A stretch of 64,000 nucleotides of DNA from Octopus sinensis. Its lineage: Eukaryota. Below are positions 24,764 to 37,623 of this stretch, in pieces. The notes below the pieces were generated by a model, which worked only from the letters and a program-made list of their open reading frames with translations, had not been told where the DNA came from and searched no databases. The stretch covers positions 1 through 64,000 of the forward strand of contig NW_021835038.1 in NCBI RefSeq assembly GCF_006345805.1. Direction: 5' to 3'. The stretch's first letter is position 1. The number at the start of each line of letters is the position of its first letter. A program made the translations under genes and the position numbers.

Positions 24764-26932
24764 GAACAGAAAGGATGTAAACGTGGATCCTACGATTGTA
24801 AAGATCAACTACTCATCAATAAGATGATCTTAGAAGATTGTCACAAACGACACAAAAACTTATCAATAGCCTGGATAGACTATAAAAAGGCTTTTGATAG
24901 CCTACCACATAGCTGGATTAAGAAATGCCTAGAAATGTATAAGATAGCACCTACTCTGCGAAACTTTTTGCCTGTAAGTATGAGATCACGGAGAACCACA
25001 CTAACTTTGAACAGTGACAATGAATCTCTAAATGCTGGTGATGTAAACATTTCATGTGGCATTTTCCAGGGTGACTCACTATCACCACTCCTCTTCTGTT
25101 TAGCCTTAGTACCTCTCTCAAAACCGCTCAATGACGCGCAGTACGAATATAAAATGTTTGATAAAAATATAAATAATCTCATTTACATGGATGATTTAAA
25201 GCTCTTTGCAAAAAATGACCAACAACTCAAGGGCTTACTAGCGATTGTCAAACAATTCAGTGATGACATCAGAATGCAATTTGGCCTCGATAAATGTGCA
25301 AAAGCTACCTTTATCAAAGGAAAAATGACAGAAACATCTAACGTTAACCTTGACCAGTAGAATGTCATGAAAGAATTAGACCCAGCGGAGAACTACAAGT
25401 ATCTAAGGATAATTGAAGGGGACGGAATAAGGCATTCAGAGATGAAGGAAAGGATCAGGAGAGAATGTTATCGCAGAGTAAGAGCAATACTCAAGACAGA
25501 GCTGAATGCGAGAAACAGGATCGAAGCGATCAACGCATTAGCCATACCAGTCGTGACTTACAGTTTCAATATCGTTAACTGGTCAATTACTGAAATATGT
25601 AATCTTGACAGAAAAATACGAAAACTGTTGACAATGCATAGAATGCACCACCCTAAGGCAGATACAGAACGACTTTATCTGCCAAGAAACGAGGGAGGCC
25701 GTGGACTTTTACAACTGGCAATAACAATGAAGATTGCTACAATTGGCCTAGACACCTACCTGAAAAACTCTGAGGACTGGATGTTAAAACTTGTCTCAAA
25801 ACATGAAAACAAGAAAGCATCATACTCAGTAACAAAACAGGCAAAGGAATATCTAAGTGAATTCCGAATACAACAAATTTCGGAATTAGAGATAGACATA
25901 CAAGAAACAAGCACAGAAAAAGCTAAGCGCATGAAAACCCGTGCTAAAACTGCGGCCTTAGATATTCTGAATGATAAATGGCAAGAAAAACCTCTCTATG
26001 GCAAATACTCAAAGAGAGCGAATAATGCAGATATTGACAAAGCCCTGACCCATCAATGGTTAATGGCCTCTGGCTTAAAATCTGAAACAGAGGGATTTAT
26101 CATAGCAGCTCAAGATCAATGCCTACCAACAAGAAAATACCAGGCCAACATATTAAAGAGCGGCAGTAGCCCAACATGTCGTGTATGTCAGCAACAAAAT
26201 GAAACCATTGATCATGTTGTCTCCAAGTGAAGTCTTCTAGCGCCTACAGAGTATCTCAACAGGCATGATAGAGCTGCACAATATATTCACTGGGTAATCT
26301 GCAAAAACCTGGATTTGCCCCATGAAAAAAACTGGTGGGAACACAAACCACCCCCAGTGCTTGAAAATGACCACATCTCACTCCTCTGGAACTTCACCAT
26401 TCAAACTGCAGAAAGATAGATGCAAATAGGCCAGACATCATATCGAAAGACTTCAAACAAAGAACATGCCTCCTTATTGATATGACTGTCCCAATCGATA
26501 TAAACGTATCTGTAAAGACCTACCAAAAATTGAGCAAATATAAAGATCTTGAAATAGAAATCAGCAAAATGTGGAACCTGAAGACTAAAACAATACCTGT
26601 TGTCATAGGTGCCCTGGGAATGATAGCAAAAGGGGCTGATTGCTACCTAACTCAGATACCAAGAAACCCCAAAATGGCAGAAATTCAAAAGATAGTGCGC
26701 ATGGGAACTGCTCATATCCTACGCAAAATACTTTCTATGTAATCTCAAGGTTTAAAACAAACATAATTTTTTTTTAGACATCCACTAGTACAACACCAAA
26801 AACAAAAAAAAAACAAATATATGGCACACTAGGCATAACAACAACGTGAACTTCCAACCTGTTGTCTCTTGAGGTCTCTGGGTGAGACTTGGAGCCAACT
26901 TGTACAAATATAAAGCAAAAGTCAAACATAGG
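24764..26932 (+). mobile_element. R4/Dong-clade non-LTR retrotransposon, 5'-truncated (RT, CCHC finger, RLE endonuclease)
   Basis: [79 protein letters not shown]. Stops at 25358 and 26228, frameshift ~26408. (AAT)n on both sides. Confidence 0.95.
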
Positions 26933-26943
26933 ATAATAATAAT

Positions 26944-27022
<79 letters not shown>

Positions 27023-27786
27023 GAAGTGAAACAGAACCAATACGTGACTTTATTATTGGAATAATGACACTCCCAAAATCTTTTGAAACAGGTTTTGCTG
27101 TATCTTGATTTGTTTGTTTCAGCACACTAGTTTACATAAAAAAATATTGCGAATCAAAATACAAAAACGGAAATATTTTTTAAATGTTAGTACGGAAATA
27201 ACCTTAAGCATTATTGGATTTTAGTATGGGAAACCTTTGGGGGTTGCATACAAGCCCGCAAAAACCAATTTTTGAAAGTGTACATGCATTTCATATACGT
27301 GCTCCATCTGGGCCCTTCACCTTACCATTCTCTTGTGTACATTTTTTCGAAGCACTTTATGACTCACACGATGCTAGTATCTAGATGCCATATCAGTGCA
27401 GCTACTTGCTATCTGAGTAACGCTCCACATACGCTGTGTGGCACTCAATATTTTTTATCGCGCAATAAGAGCGCAGACGCATATTTATCGTTGTTCTTAA
27501 ATGCATACTCTATTCGTTTTGCGAAGATTTATACACTAAAGTGTGATATAATATGGATGTGTGATATAATCTTAGATTATATTACCAAAGTTTTTGCTTT
27601 TTTTTTCAACTTTCCAACTGCATAGTTTAAATATTGCTTTTCAAAGTTTCTATTTATATGTCTGTATATCAAGCTCCAAGTTAGCATAGAATATCGTCTC
27701 GCTTTGAAAGTTTCTTGGGGACTTTGCAATCCAACACGCAATAAGCAACTCCAAGCATTTATAGATATATAAATTTCACACAGACA

Positions 27787-27819
<33 letters not shown>

Positions 27820-27899
27820 GTATTTGTTACGTTTTATCTGAGTTATACCCTCCAACCCTCCACTACTCATTTCTCTTTCAGTAACAGAGTCTTTCAGTT

Positions 27900-30160
27900 T
27901 CTTTTCTTCAATGATTCCCTTCTTCACTCTCTTAAGATTAATCTGCTGTTTCTGTTGCTCTCTGAACTCCTCCAACCATCAGCAAACTGCTCAACTGTAT
28001 TACGTTCTGTATCGAGGACACCTACCTTGCCTCAATCCTCTTTCGAAATCATAATCTTTGCTGACGTTTAATATTAACCAAATTTCTTTTGGAATTGGCA
28101 CTGCTCCCACGCAGACGTTGAAGAGCAGAAACCTAAATTCTTACCACCCAGAACTCTCTACAACAAATAGCGTCACTGCCTACATATGTCCCTGACCGAT
28201 ACATCGGCACTGCAAACGGCCGTGACCGCTTTTACATTTCTTGTCCTAACTATCACCGCCTATCGGATCATACGAGCCAACTAAATAACACCAACACGTT
28301 ACACACCCACATTTTGCTGAAAAAAATTCCACCAGACCCCAGACACGATGCTATTTCAAGTCAGTTTTACGCTGATTTCTCTGGCAGAAAATATTCTCCA
28401 CCTTTCAGCCTTACGTAGTAGCACCAGTAGATGGCCAAAACCATTCTTTGTGGTATGTCCCTCAAACAATTGCATGTCGTAACCAAAAAGCTCCAAGTGG
28501 TTCACATACTGCTGAGCAGTAACAGCAGCATCCGTGTACCAGGGTGCACCAGGGGGAACCAGGAAACAGCAGAAAGCAGCAAAAAGCAGCAGTGTCCAGA
28601 AAGGTGAACAGGGCACAGTTACAACAACACAGACGAAAAGTATGTATTCAATACCTGCGAAAAAATAAATAATAAATGCACCCTTTTAAAGCCTAGCCAG
28701 GCTCATGGGCCCGGTTTCCCGGTTTCAATGGTGTATGTGTTCCCCAGCTGGACAGGACGCTAATCCATCGCAGCGTTACTCATTTTTGCCAGCGGAGTGG
28801 AGTGGAGCAACGTGAAATGAAGTGTTTTGCTCAAGAACACAACGCGTCGCTCGGTCCACGAATCGAAACCATAATCTTACGATCATGATGCTGACACCTT
28901 AACCACTAAACCACGCGCCTCCACCAATACCTGGAAAAAACAAAACAAAAAAATGCCATCATCTACTTAATGAATGGAATTCTTACAAGACTACCGAACT
29001 ATTCAAAAAGTAAAAGATGTCTTAAATGCATATATGACCAGAACCTGCAATCCTTCCTTCTAAATTGCAACGGATCCTTTTGCTTTCTTGCCAAGAGGAT
29101 CTCTATAAACTTTGAAGAATCCTTCTACTCACCACTTCTTAACAAGAATAACTCTGTGAAAAGTAGCGCTGTCACTGCGTGTAAAAGCTTCCGCGTTTGG
29201 TGCAGGCTTTGCATCCAATTCCGCAATGCACATCCTAGACAAAATTTTCTTCCAAAAATTCTCTTCGATTCTGCTTGCCTCGCTCCACACATATTTATAT
29301 ACAACGATCACTTCAAGCAAAGTCCTTGTCGCTTCCATTACTTTCCAAACCGCTAACTATAAGCCCTGCTCATCAGTTTATTATTATTTTTCAATCTTTC
29401 TTTCTCTATAGAAATCTTTCTTAATAATTACAAATATGCTTCAGTACGTCCTGCAAAACTAAAGTAGCTTTACTGTTCCTACCAATATCTATTTATCGAT
29501 ATTGGTAGGATCAGCAACCATCATCTAAATACTGGCGAAACAGTTGTTAACAATCACCTTTTTCCAATTCATTGAGCCGGTGCGCGCGCTCTCTCTCTCT
29601 CTCTTTCTCTCCTTCTCTCTCTCTCCCTCTCTCTATCTCTTTCTCCTTGATCACTCACCGCCAATACAAACAGCCTCTACAACACAAAGTCTCTTGGGCA
29701 TTAGGGACCTACTGTCCTATGACACCCACCAGTGGTTCCTCTCTTGAGAGCTTTGTCATTGCTTTTGATATCAGTGATCGTATCTGAAATGAGTATTTTC
29801 TTGGCTAAGCCTCTCTACGATGAGCTCCGCTCGTCTTAGGTTTTAAACCTCTCGCTTGATTGCACCATTGTAAGATACATTGAAAAGGGTCTCTTTTACG
29901 AACACAATAGAGCTTTGGTGTGCCATATACTTATTCCTTCTGTGCATTAACAATTTTCTCAGTCACCACAAGCAATGTTCACTCCTTTACAGTTTAAAGT
30001 ACCCTTTACCCATGAAACATCATCTGATACAACCTCACATAGATATCATCTACATACAACCTAGACATTTTACACCAAACTTATCCCGCCTCTATGAACA
30101 AACATCTCGAAAAACATCCCCTAATGGGGACATGGAAATCCCGTCTTGATGAACAGCAAA
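27900..30160 (+). mobile_element. Highly degraded CR1/L2/Jockey-group LINE ORF2 (APE + RT), interrupted by insertions
   Basis: EIIIFAD.FN, PTYVPDR, PKSSKWFT, NY.P-like segment (~29355), DLLSYDTHQW, VIAFDIS-DRI, LFLLCINNFLS, all in the expected order. Confidence 0.65.
28681..28924 (-). mobile_element. tRNA-derived SINE, family E
   Basis: Minus strand: gtggaggcgcgtggtttagtggttaagg (A box), ggtttcgattc (B box), cttgagcaaaacact, gatggattagcgtcctgtccag. Confidence 0.85.
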
Positions 30161-30766
30161 TCTTTGTATCCTAACCAAGTAAAATCAATATATACGTTTT
30201 GCTTATTCCCTCATCTGCAACGATTGAGCAGACCTATAAAAAACCAAAGACGTTCCAACCGTGACAATGTAATCTTTTTCCTGATATAATGTATCTGGAC
30301 TACATTATCTAATATTCCTTACCTTATTTAAGACAGTAGGATGGAATTTGAGGAAGGATTTTTGCTACTATTTCCCACAAGTCGAGCGACCACATGGCTG
30401 TTTACTTCTCCAGTAATCAATTTCAATACAGTATCCGTATTCTTCACGGCATAATTAAAAGTCTGTTGCAACGATTCTCGTGAATTTGGGTGTGGTAGCC
30501 TGGTGTGTCTATTACTGATCTGCATTGTACGATATCTCTTGCACAATTTTTAAACAGAATAATGCTGTTGCATGTTGTATGTTGTTGATAATGCTGCAGT
30601 CAATGTCCTTGATGCAGATTCAGTAATATAGGTTAGGGTAAATATGCAGTTTTTTTTAATTGTTAGCTCTTACTATCTGTTGGTGTGCAGCTGCAGATTA
30701 TATGTAGCTAATTACGTCGCTATGCACCATATCTAATTTCAACATGTGTGAAGTGCAGTGAGTCAG

Positions 30767-30797
<31 letters not shown>

Positions 30798-31773
30798 CAA
30801 AGAGAGAAAGATAGATTCTGATTTAAATGTGTGTATATGTGCACATGCATGTATGCAAAATACGAATGTAATTCTTATTCTATGCAGTTGTGGCAGACAA
30901 TATGCAGTAAGTTAGAATTTACAGGCTGTCATTAAAAAGAAGGGATTTAAATTGTAATTTCAATATTCCCATCACCGGAATTCAAATTAGATAGACATAG
31001 AATAATGGTAGAATTCACTCGCAAGTTTACAAATAAAATTTTTGGTATATCTATTTATTAAAGAGATACCAGCGTGGAGAAGGCGAATTAAGAAACTGCA
31101 AAAATTGCTAAAACTTGCAATTTCATGTTTCTTCCTCTCTTTATTCATTTTATTTTTTTTATCTATTTATCTATTTATTTTTCTTATCCATATATTTATC
31201 TATCTATCTATTTATTTATTTATTTTTCGCACAATGATTCTGAAGGTTAAGTTCCAAACAGGAAATGAAGGAAGGTTGTTGGTGTGTTCTCTTGCATTCT
31301 GAAGAATTCTGTGTGAATTTCAGGGGAAAAAAAAAATAGTGCAAACGCCGATATTTTGTAAGGGTAGATGTAAGCAACTTGCTCCGAAATACCCACAGCT
31401 TATCAAAGAATACTTGCTGCCAAATGTATTCTGTAAGAATGGTTAAGAAACCTAAGGCGATGTGTGCAAACGATAGTAAATTCTGTAAGATCACAGTTTA
31501 AGCAAAAACCGAGATAACCGACAAAAAACATGGCGTCGTTGCAGGAGAACTTTGAAACTATGGAGAACTACGCTTCCTTCTCAATAAAACGAAAAAAATA
31601 CTAAAAGAGTCTTGTAACAAACAAAAATTCGAGTACATTGAAAGAAGAATTCTAAGGAACTTCGTATATTTGATTCCATAAATACTTTGTCAATAGAACC
31701 GTAAGAGTGTTTCACTGTAGGTTGGTTGGCTAGTTGGTTGGTTTCTGGTTATTGCTGTTATTGTTGTTGTTGC

Positions 31774-31828
<55 letters not shown>

Positions 31829-32370
31829 GCTGCTGCTGCTGCTGTTGTTGTTGTTGTTGTTGTTGTTGCTGTCGTCATCGTTGTTGTGTTGTTTAACCCG
31901 AGTTCAGCTTCGATAGAACATACAGAAGATCAAAGACGTTCCAACTGTGACCTCTCGTTTTTATCCTCCCTACTTTTTTTTTCTTGTTTTTTTTTTTCGG
32001 TGTTCAATAACGGTAATATGAAGGCTGTCTACATTATCAGATGTGTTCTTACTACTTCTTATAAAAACGGTAAGATCCGAATTTTAGGGAATTTCGGCTG
32101 CTATATTTAGCTGGTCAACTGACATCATAGAGGTTCCCTCATTGTCTTGTCTTGACTGGTGCAGAAAATGTTCAGTTTGTAATACTGCAAGTTCGTGGTT
32201 CGCGTGATGAGGGTAGACGTGGGGAGTTTCATAAGAATACAGTGTGTTGGTTTTATTTTGCCCTTGGCCAGCCCTGACCGGGTAGACTTATGATTGAAAA
32301 CAAATATTCCAATCATGACCACCACCACCACATCCACCAGAGTAACTTATATCTACAACTAAGAATAACC

Positions 32371-32968
32371 TATTTCTTTATTACTATACAAGGTGCTAAA
32401 CACAGAGGGGACAAGCAAGGACAGACACAGGTATTAAGTCGATTACATCGACCCCAGTGCGTAACTGGTACTTAATTTATCGACCCCGAAAGGATGAAAG
32501 GCAAAGTCGACCTCGGCGGAATTTGAACTCACAACGTAACGCAGACGAAATACCTATTTCTTTATTACCCACAAGGGGCTAAACATAGAGGGGACAAACA
32601 AGGACAGACACAGGTATTAAGTCGATTACATCGACCCCAGTGCGTAACTGGTACTTAATTTATCGACCCCGAAAGGATGAAAGGCAAAGTCGACCTCGGC
32701 GGAATTTGAACTCACAACGTAACGCAGACGAAATACCTATTTCTTTATTACCCACAAGGGGCCAAACACAGAGGGGACAAGCAAGGACAGACACAGGTAT
32801 TAAGTCAATTACATCGACCCCAGTGCGTAACTGGTACTTAATTTATCGACCCCGAAAGGATGAAAGGCAAAGTCGACCTCGGCGGAATTTGAACTCAGAA
32901 CGTAACGGTAGACGAAATACCGCTAAGCATTTCGTCCGGCGTGCTAACGTTTCTGCCAGCTCGCCGCC
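32371..32968 (-). mobile_element. Head-to-tail trimer of SINE family B
   Basis: Units 32371-32554, 32555-32737, 32738-32968. TSD ctaagaataacc at 32359-32370 and 32968-32979. Confidence 0.93.
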
Positions 32969-33389
32969 TAAGAATAACCATTGTCCCTTCATTTATCTAA
33001 CTTGTAGTCTATTTATTCGAGGGAGATTTTGCTGCTATTTCTTCAAGTGAGACAACTAACTGACTGACTTTTTAGAAACGTCTTTGCATTGATTAAAAAT
33101 ATATGAGATATATTAGTAAAAAATTAATTAATTATTTATTTAATTATCTTTCTTTTAAATGATTTTGAAATATTTTCATTCTCTCTTGCTTTCTTATTTT
33201 CTTTCCTTTTTTTTTTACGTTAATGAAACAAATTCATTATATATATTTTTTTTGGGGGGGGGGTTGAAATTGGAATAATTAATGTTCATGACATTCTAGG
33301 AGATTTGAGACAGTATACGTTTACCAAAATAATTTTGAAATGCTGTTGGTGTTATTGGGTTTCTTCTCTGTACTTGGCAAAGCCATTAC

Positions 33390-34290
33390 TTAATAACAAA
33401 AAAGAGAAGGAAAGGATAAAGAAAAGAAAGAAATGAAGAAAGAAAGAAAGGAAGGAAGGCAGGAAGGAAGGCAGGAAGGAAGAAAGAAAGAAAGGAAGGG
33501 AGGGAGGGAGGGAGGGAGGGAGGGAGGAAAGAAGGAAGAAAGGAAGGAAGGAAAGAAGGAAGACAGAAAGAGACAAAGAAACAAAGAAAAAGAAAGAAAG
33601 AAAAGAAGGAAAGAAAAGAAGGAAAGAAAGAAGGCAGGAAGGAAGGAAGGAAGAAAGAAGGAAAGAAAGAAGGAAAGAAAAGAAGGAAAGAAAGAAGGCA
33701 GGCAGGAAGGAAGGAAGAAAGAAAGAAGGAAGGAAGGAAAGAAGGAAGGAAAGAAGGAAAGAAAGAAATGAAGAAGGAAGGAAAGAAGAAAAGAAAGATA
33801 GAAGGAAAGAAAGAATGAAAGCAATAAAGAAATGAGGAAGGAAAGAAGGAAGGAAAGAAAGAAGGAAGGAAGGAAGGAAGGAAGGAAGGAAGGAAGGAAG
33901 GAAGGAAGGAAGGATGGAAGGAAGGAAGGAAGAATAAGAAAGATGGAAAGAAAGAAAAAAGAAGGAAAGAAGGAAGGAAAGAAAGAAAGATAGGAAGAAA
34001 GACAGAAACAAGGAACAAGGGAAGGAAAGAACGAAAGGAAAAAGAAAGAAAGAAAGAAAGAATGACGGAAAGAAAGAAGGAAAGAAAGAGAGAAAGAAAA
34101 GAAGAAGGAAAGAAAAATAGAAAGAAAGGAAAATGGAAAGAAGGAAGGAAAGAAAGAAAGAAAAAAGGAAAACGGAAGGAAGGAAGGATGGAAAGAAAAA
34201 GAAATATAGAGAAGGAAGGAAATAGAAAGAAAGGAAGTAATGAAGGAAAAAGGAAGGAAAAAAGAAGGAAAGAATGTAAGAAATGTGATA
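33390..34290. repeat. ~900-bp polypurine (GAAA/GGAA/GGGA)n tract
   Basis: Almost entirely A/G on the + strand. Confidence 0.95.
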
Positions 34291-34428
34291 CATAGTATAT
34301 ATTTCCCTGGCGTCCATGCTTCTTATATAAGACATATTCTCAAGTTCTTTTTTTCAACCACGAGAATAACTTGAGACTTTTGAAAGGAAGAGATTTATAT
34401 TACCCAGAACGAATGGAATAAGGGCTAA

Positions 34429-34459
<31 letters not shown>

Positions 34460-34964
34460 ATGTATATATGTATGCATGTATGCATTTATGTATGTAAGCA
34501 TGTATGTATGCATGCATGTATTCATATATGTATGTATATATGTGTGTATGCATTTATGTATGTAAGCATGTATGCATGTATGCATGCATGTATTCATATA
34601 TGTATGTATGTATGCATGTATATATGTATGTATGTATGCATGTATGCATTTATGTATGTAAGCATGTATGTATGCATGTATTCATATATGTATGTATGTA
34701 TGCATGTATATATGTATGTATGCATGTATACATGTATGTATTCATATATGTATTAATGTATGTATTTATGTATGTATGCATGCATGTGTACATGCATTTA
34801 TGTATGTAAGCACGTATGTATGTATGCATGTATGTATGTATGCATGCATGTATGTATGTTATCTTGCATGTATGTACGTGTGTGCATACGTATAAATTCA
34901 TGTGTGCATACATGTATGTATGCAGGTATGTATGTATATATGCGCGCAAGCATGCTTGTATGTA

Positions 34965-37623
34965 CTGTAATCCTTCGACTATCACCGGTGTTACGTTCCA
35001 AAACCCCTCGCGATAGGTGAAAATCCGCGAAGTAGAAACAGTACTGTATATTTTTATTTTTTAGGGTTAGGGTTTGTATATATTTATTTTACTATTTTTA
35101 TATACTTAAGCTTTTAGTAAACTCCCTCCCACACTCTTAGGAGTACACGTGTCTTCTTTTCTTTTGCGGGTGAGAAACATAGTGATAGGCGTTGCCTTTT
35201 CTTCTGTGTTAGGAGGTTTTTATAATCTTCCATGGCTCCGTCGATTGCATTTCCGAACTGCAAATCACGAATCATCTGGGGTTTCCATTTTTGCTAGAGT
35301 TGAGAAGCGTTCTAGTGATAGGCCGACGTCTTCTTCTTCCCCTGGATTCTCGTTGTTCTTCTTCGTCCTCACTTGCAGACTTCGATATCCCTGTCAGATC
35401 TTCATCCGTTAACGGATCTGAGTGGGCTGCGATCAAGTTATTAAAGTCCTTGGTAGTCATATTGGTGAAACCATCTCCTCCTAGCAATTTTTCCGGCTTC
35501 ACTGCCTTATGTATTGCAGAGTAGTAGATTTCGTCAGAAGAGAAATCCTTTATAGTTGTGGACCGCTTCTGGCCATAATTTCTTCCAACTGCCATTCAAA
35601 GTTTCGTTCTTCATCTCCTTTATGACCTGAATATTTTGGAGACATGTTGCAATGGAGTACCTACCCCAGTACTCCTTCAACGAGAATCTCTCATCTGAGT
35701 CCTTAGCCTCGACCAGGTGTCGCAGGAAGTTTCGCGTATAGAGTGTCTTAAAAGCACAAATAACGTCTTGATCCATGGGCTGGATCAGAGATGTGGTGTT
35801 CGGCGGTAAGAATTCGATTTGTACACCCTCATACCTCAGGTCAAGAGCGTGACCTTCAGCGTTGTCCATTAGGAGAAGCACTTTAAATTCCAGTCCTTTT
35901 TCGGCGAGATAAACTTTGACTTCGAGAATCAAGCACTGGTGAAACTAATCCGATGTCAGTGATTTTATTATCCATGCCTTCTGGTTGTGCATCTATCCAA
36001 TTCACTGGCAACAGGTTCTTAGTTTTGGTTTCGCGGGCCCTTGGGTTTCTGGACTTATAGATAAGTTCTGGCTTCATCATAAAGCCCACAGCATTTCCAC
36101 ACAATATAATTATGACGCGATCTTTGTACGCCTTAAATTGAGGGACTCTGGCCTCCTCTTTCATAATGGAAGTCTGCGATGGCATCCGTTTCCAAAAGAG
36201 ACCAGTCTATATCCATATTGAAAACTTGTTCACGCGAATCCTCGACGATGGTCTTGAATGTCTCGTTCACGTATTCCTCAGCGGCGGGTTTGTCAGCAGA
36301 GGCAGCTTCTCGATGCATGAACGTACTCTTAATGTTGAACCTCCTTTGGAATTTATCAAACCAGCCCTTGCTGGCATTAATTTCGGTTAGAATGGTGGGA
36401 GGTGCCGTAGATGGTCCTAGTTCACAGTCGTCTGGGTCGTCGTCACCGCCATCCGTAAACTTGCCGTACAGCTGCCTGGCCTTCTCAGAGATGGTGTTAA
36501 TATCGAGTGCAATGTTCTTCTTCTTGCAGTCACTGATCCAAAGAGTTAATGCAGACCACATCATTACGATATCCTTATTACGGGAAGTTACCACTCTATT
36601 CGCTGGCTTGTCAAAAGTCACTTTTGCCGTCGCCCTTATATATTTTTCGTCCTTCTTGATGTAGCGAACGTTAGATCCATTGACGTCGTAATGGCATCCT
36701 ACATTCGCATACCTTCTCTCTTCCTTAAGCATGTCGAGGAGTTTTACCTTCTCTGCTATAGGAAGCATCTTCCTCTGGCGCTTGAGTTCCCTGCCAGAAG
36801 CCTTTGAAAGTGCAGAACGTTTGGACGACATCGTAGAGCTTGAAATATATACACAATTTTATACACAAATGCAAAACAACACCATACACTCGCTTCCCGA
36901 GTTTCGTTTTCCTTACAGTATATGTGATTCTTTGTTTACTCATCTTCGGTACACTACACATTGTCTTTTAATATATACTAGCAGTATCGCCCGGCGTTGC
37001 TCAGGTTTGTAAGGGAAATAACTATAAAGCATTTTTAGAGAGTTATAGCCAAAAAATAGCAAAAAAATGGAAAAAAAATTATGGTAAATTTTTTTTGAGA
37101 GTTAAAAAAGGTCGAGTTGCGTCCCCTAGACAGTCTGTGGTTTGTGTTTCTGATTGTCGACCCCATGTCGAATTTATCGATTTTATTCAGAACTGGGGGA
37201 ACTTTTCAAAATTTTCGCTGCGTTAGTTTTGTATTATGACATTGGGCTATGTGTGTGTCAAGTTTCATCAGAATCGGTTGAAAGCCGTGGTCAGGGTGAG
37301 GGTACAACCAAACAGACACACAGAAACACACAGAGACAAACTGCCGTTTATATAGAGAGAGATATTAATTAATGTGGCATACAGTGCAGTACTGAACTGT
37401 ATTTTTAATTATTAATTTATTAAATTTTAGGTATGAAAATGCTTCTTTTACTACAGAAATAACTAAAATCTAAAAAATAATAATAATAAATAAATACCTA
37501 TCGACCGCAGAAACACGCGATGAACTGAGGAGTCCGCGATATAAATTTACATATATGAACCAGAAAAATCCACGATGTACTGAGAGTACGATAGGTGAAC
37601 CGCGATATGGCGAGTGGTTGCTG
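34965..37623 (-). mobile_element. Tigger/pogo DNA transposon with a frameshifted transposase (HTH-psq + CENP-B HTH + DDE)
   Basis: RKMLPIAEKVKLL, ASKGWFDKF, FNMD(ET)GLFWKRMP, KDRVIIILCGN, VLLLMDNAEGH, FLPPNTTSLIQPMDQ. Imperfect TIRs, TA at 34963-64 and 37624-25, inside one (TATG)n array. Confidence 0.92.
36978..37362 (-). mobile_element. Non-autonomous Helitron nested in the Tigger element
   Basis: Minus strand: A|TC start (37362), CTAG|T end (36978), subterminal hairpin cctgagcaacgccggg, no TSD. Confidence 0.85.

Noticed and set aside
28356-28616. Minus-strand ORF with a signal-peptide-like start
   Set aside because: Antisense to the LINE linker (PKSSKWFT) on the plus strand.
30328-30546. 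Minus-strand ORF next to a strong AG|GTAAGG donor
   Set aside because: All three frames are closed near the donor, and the segment overlaps repeat family F.
31528-31603. aaacATGGCG start context
   Set aside because: The ORF is only 24 codons with no donor site or homology evidence.
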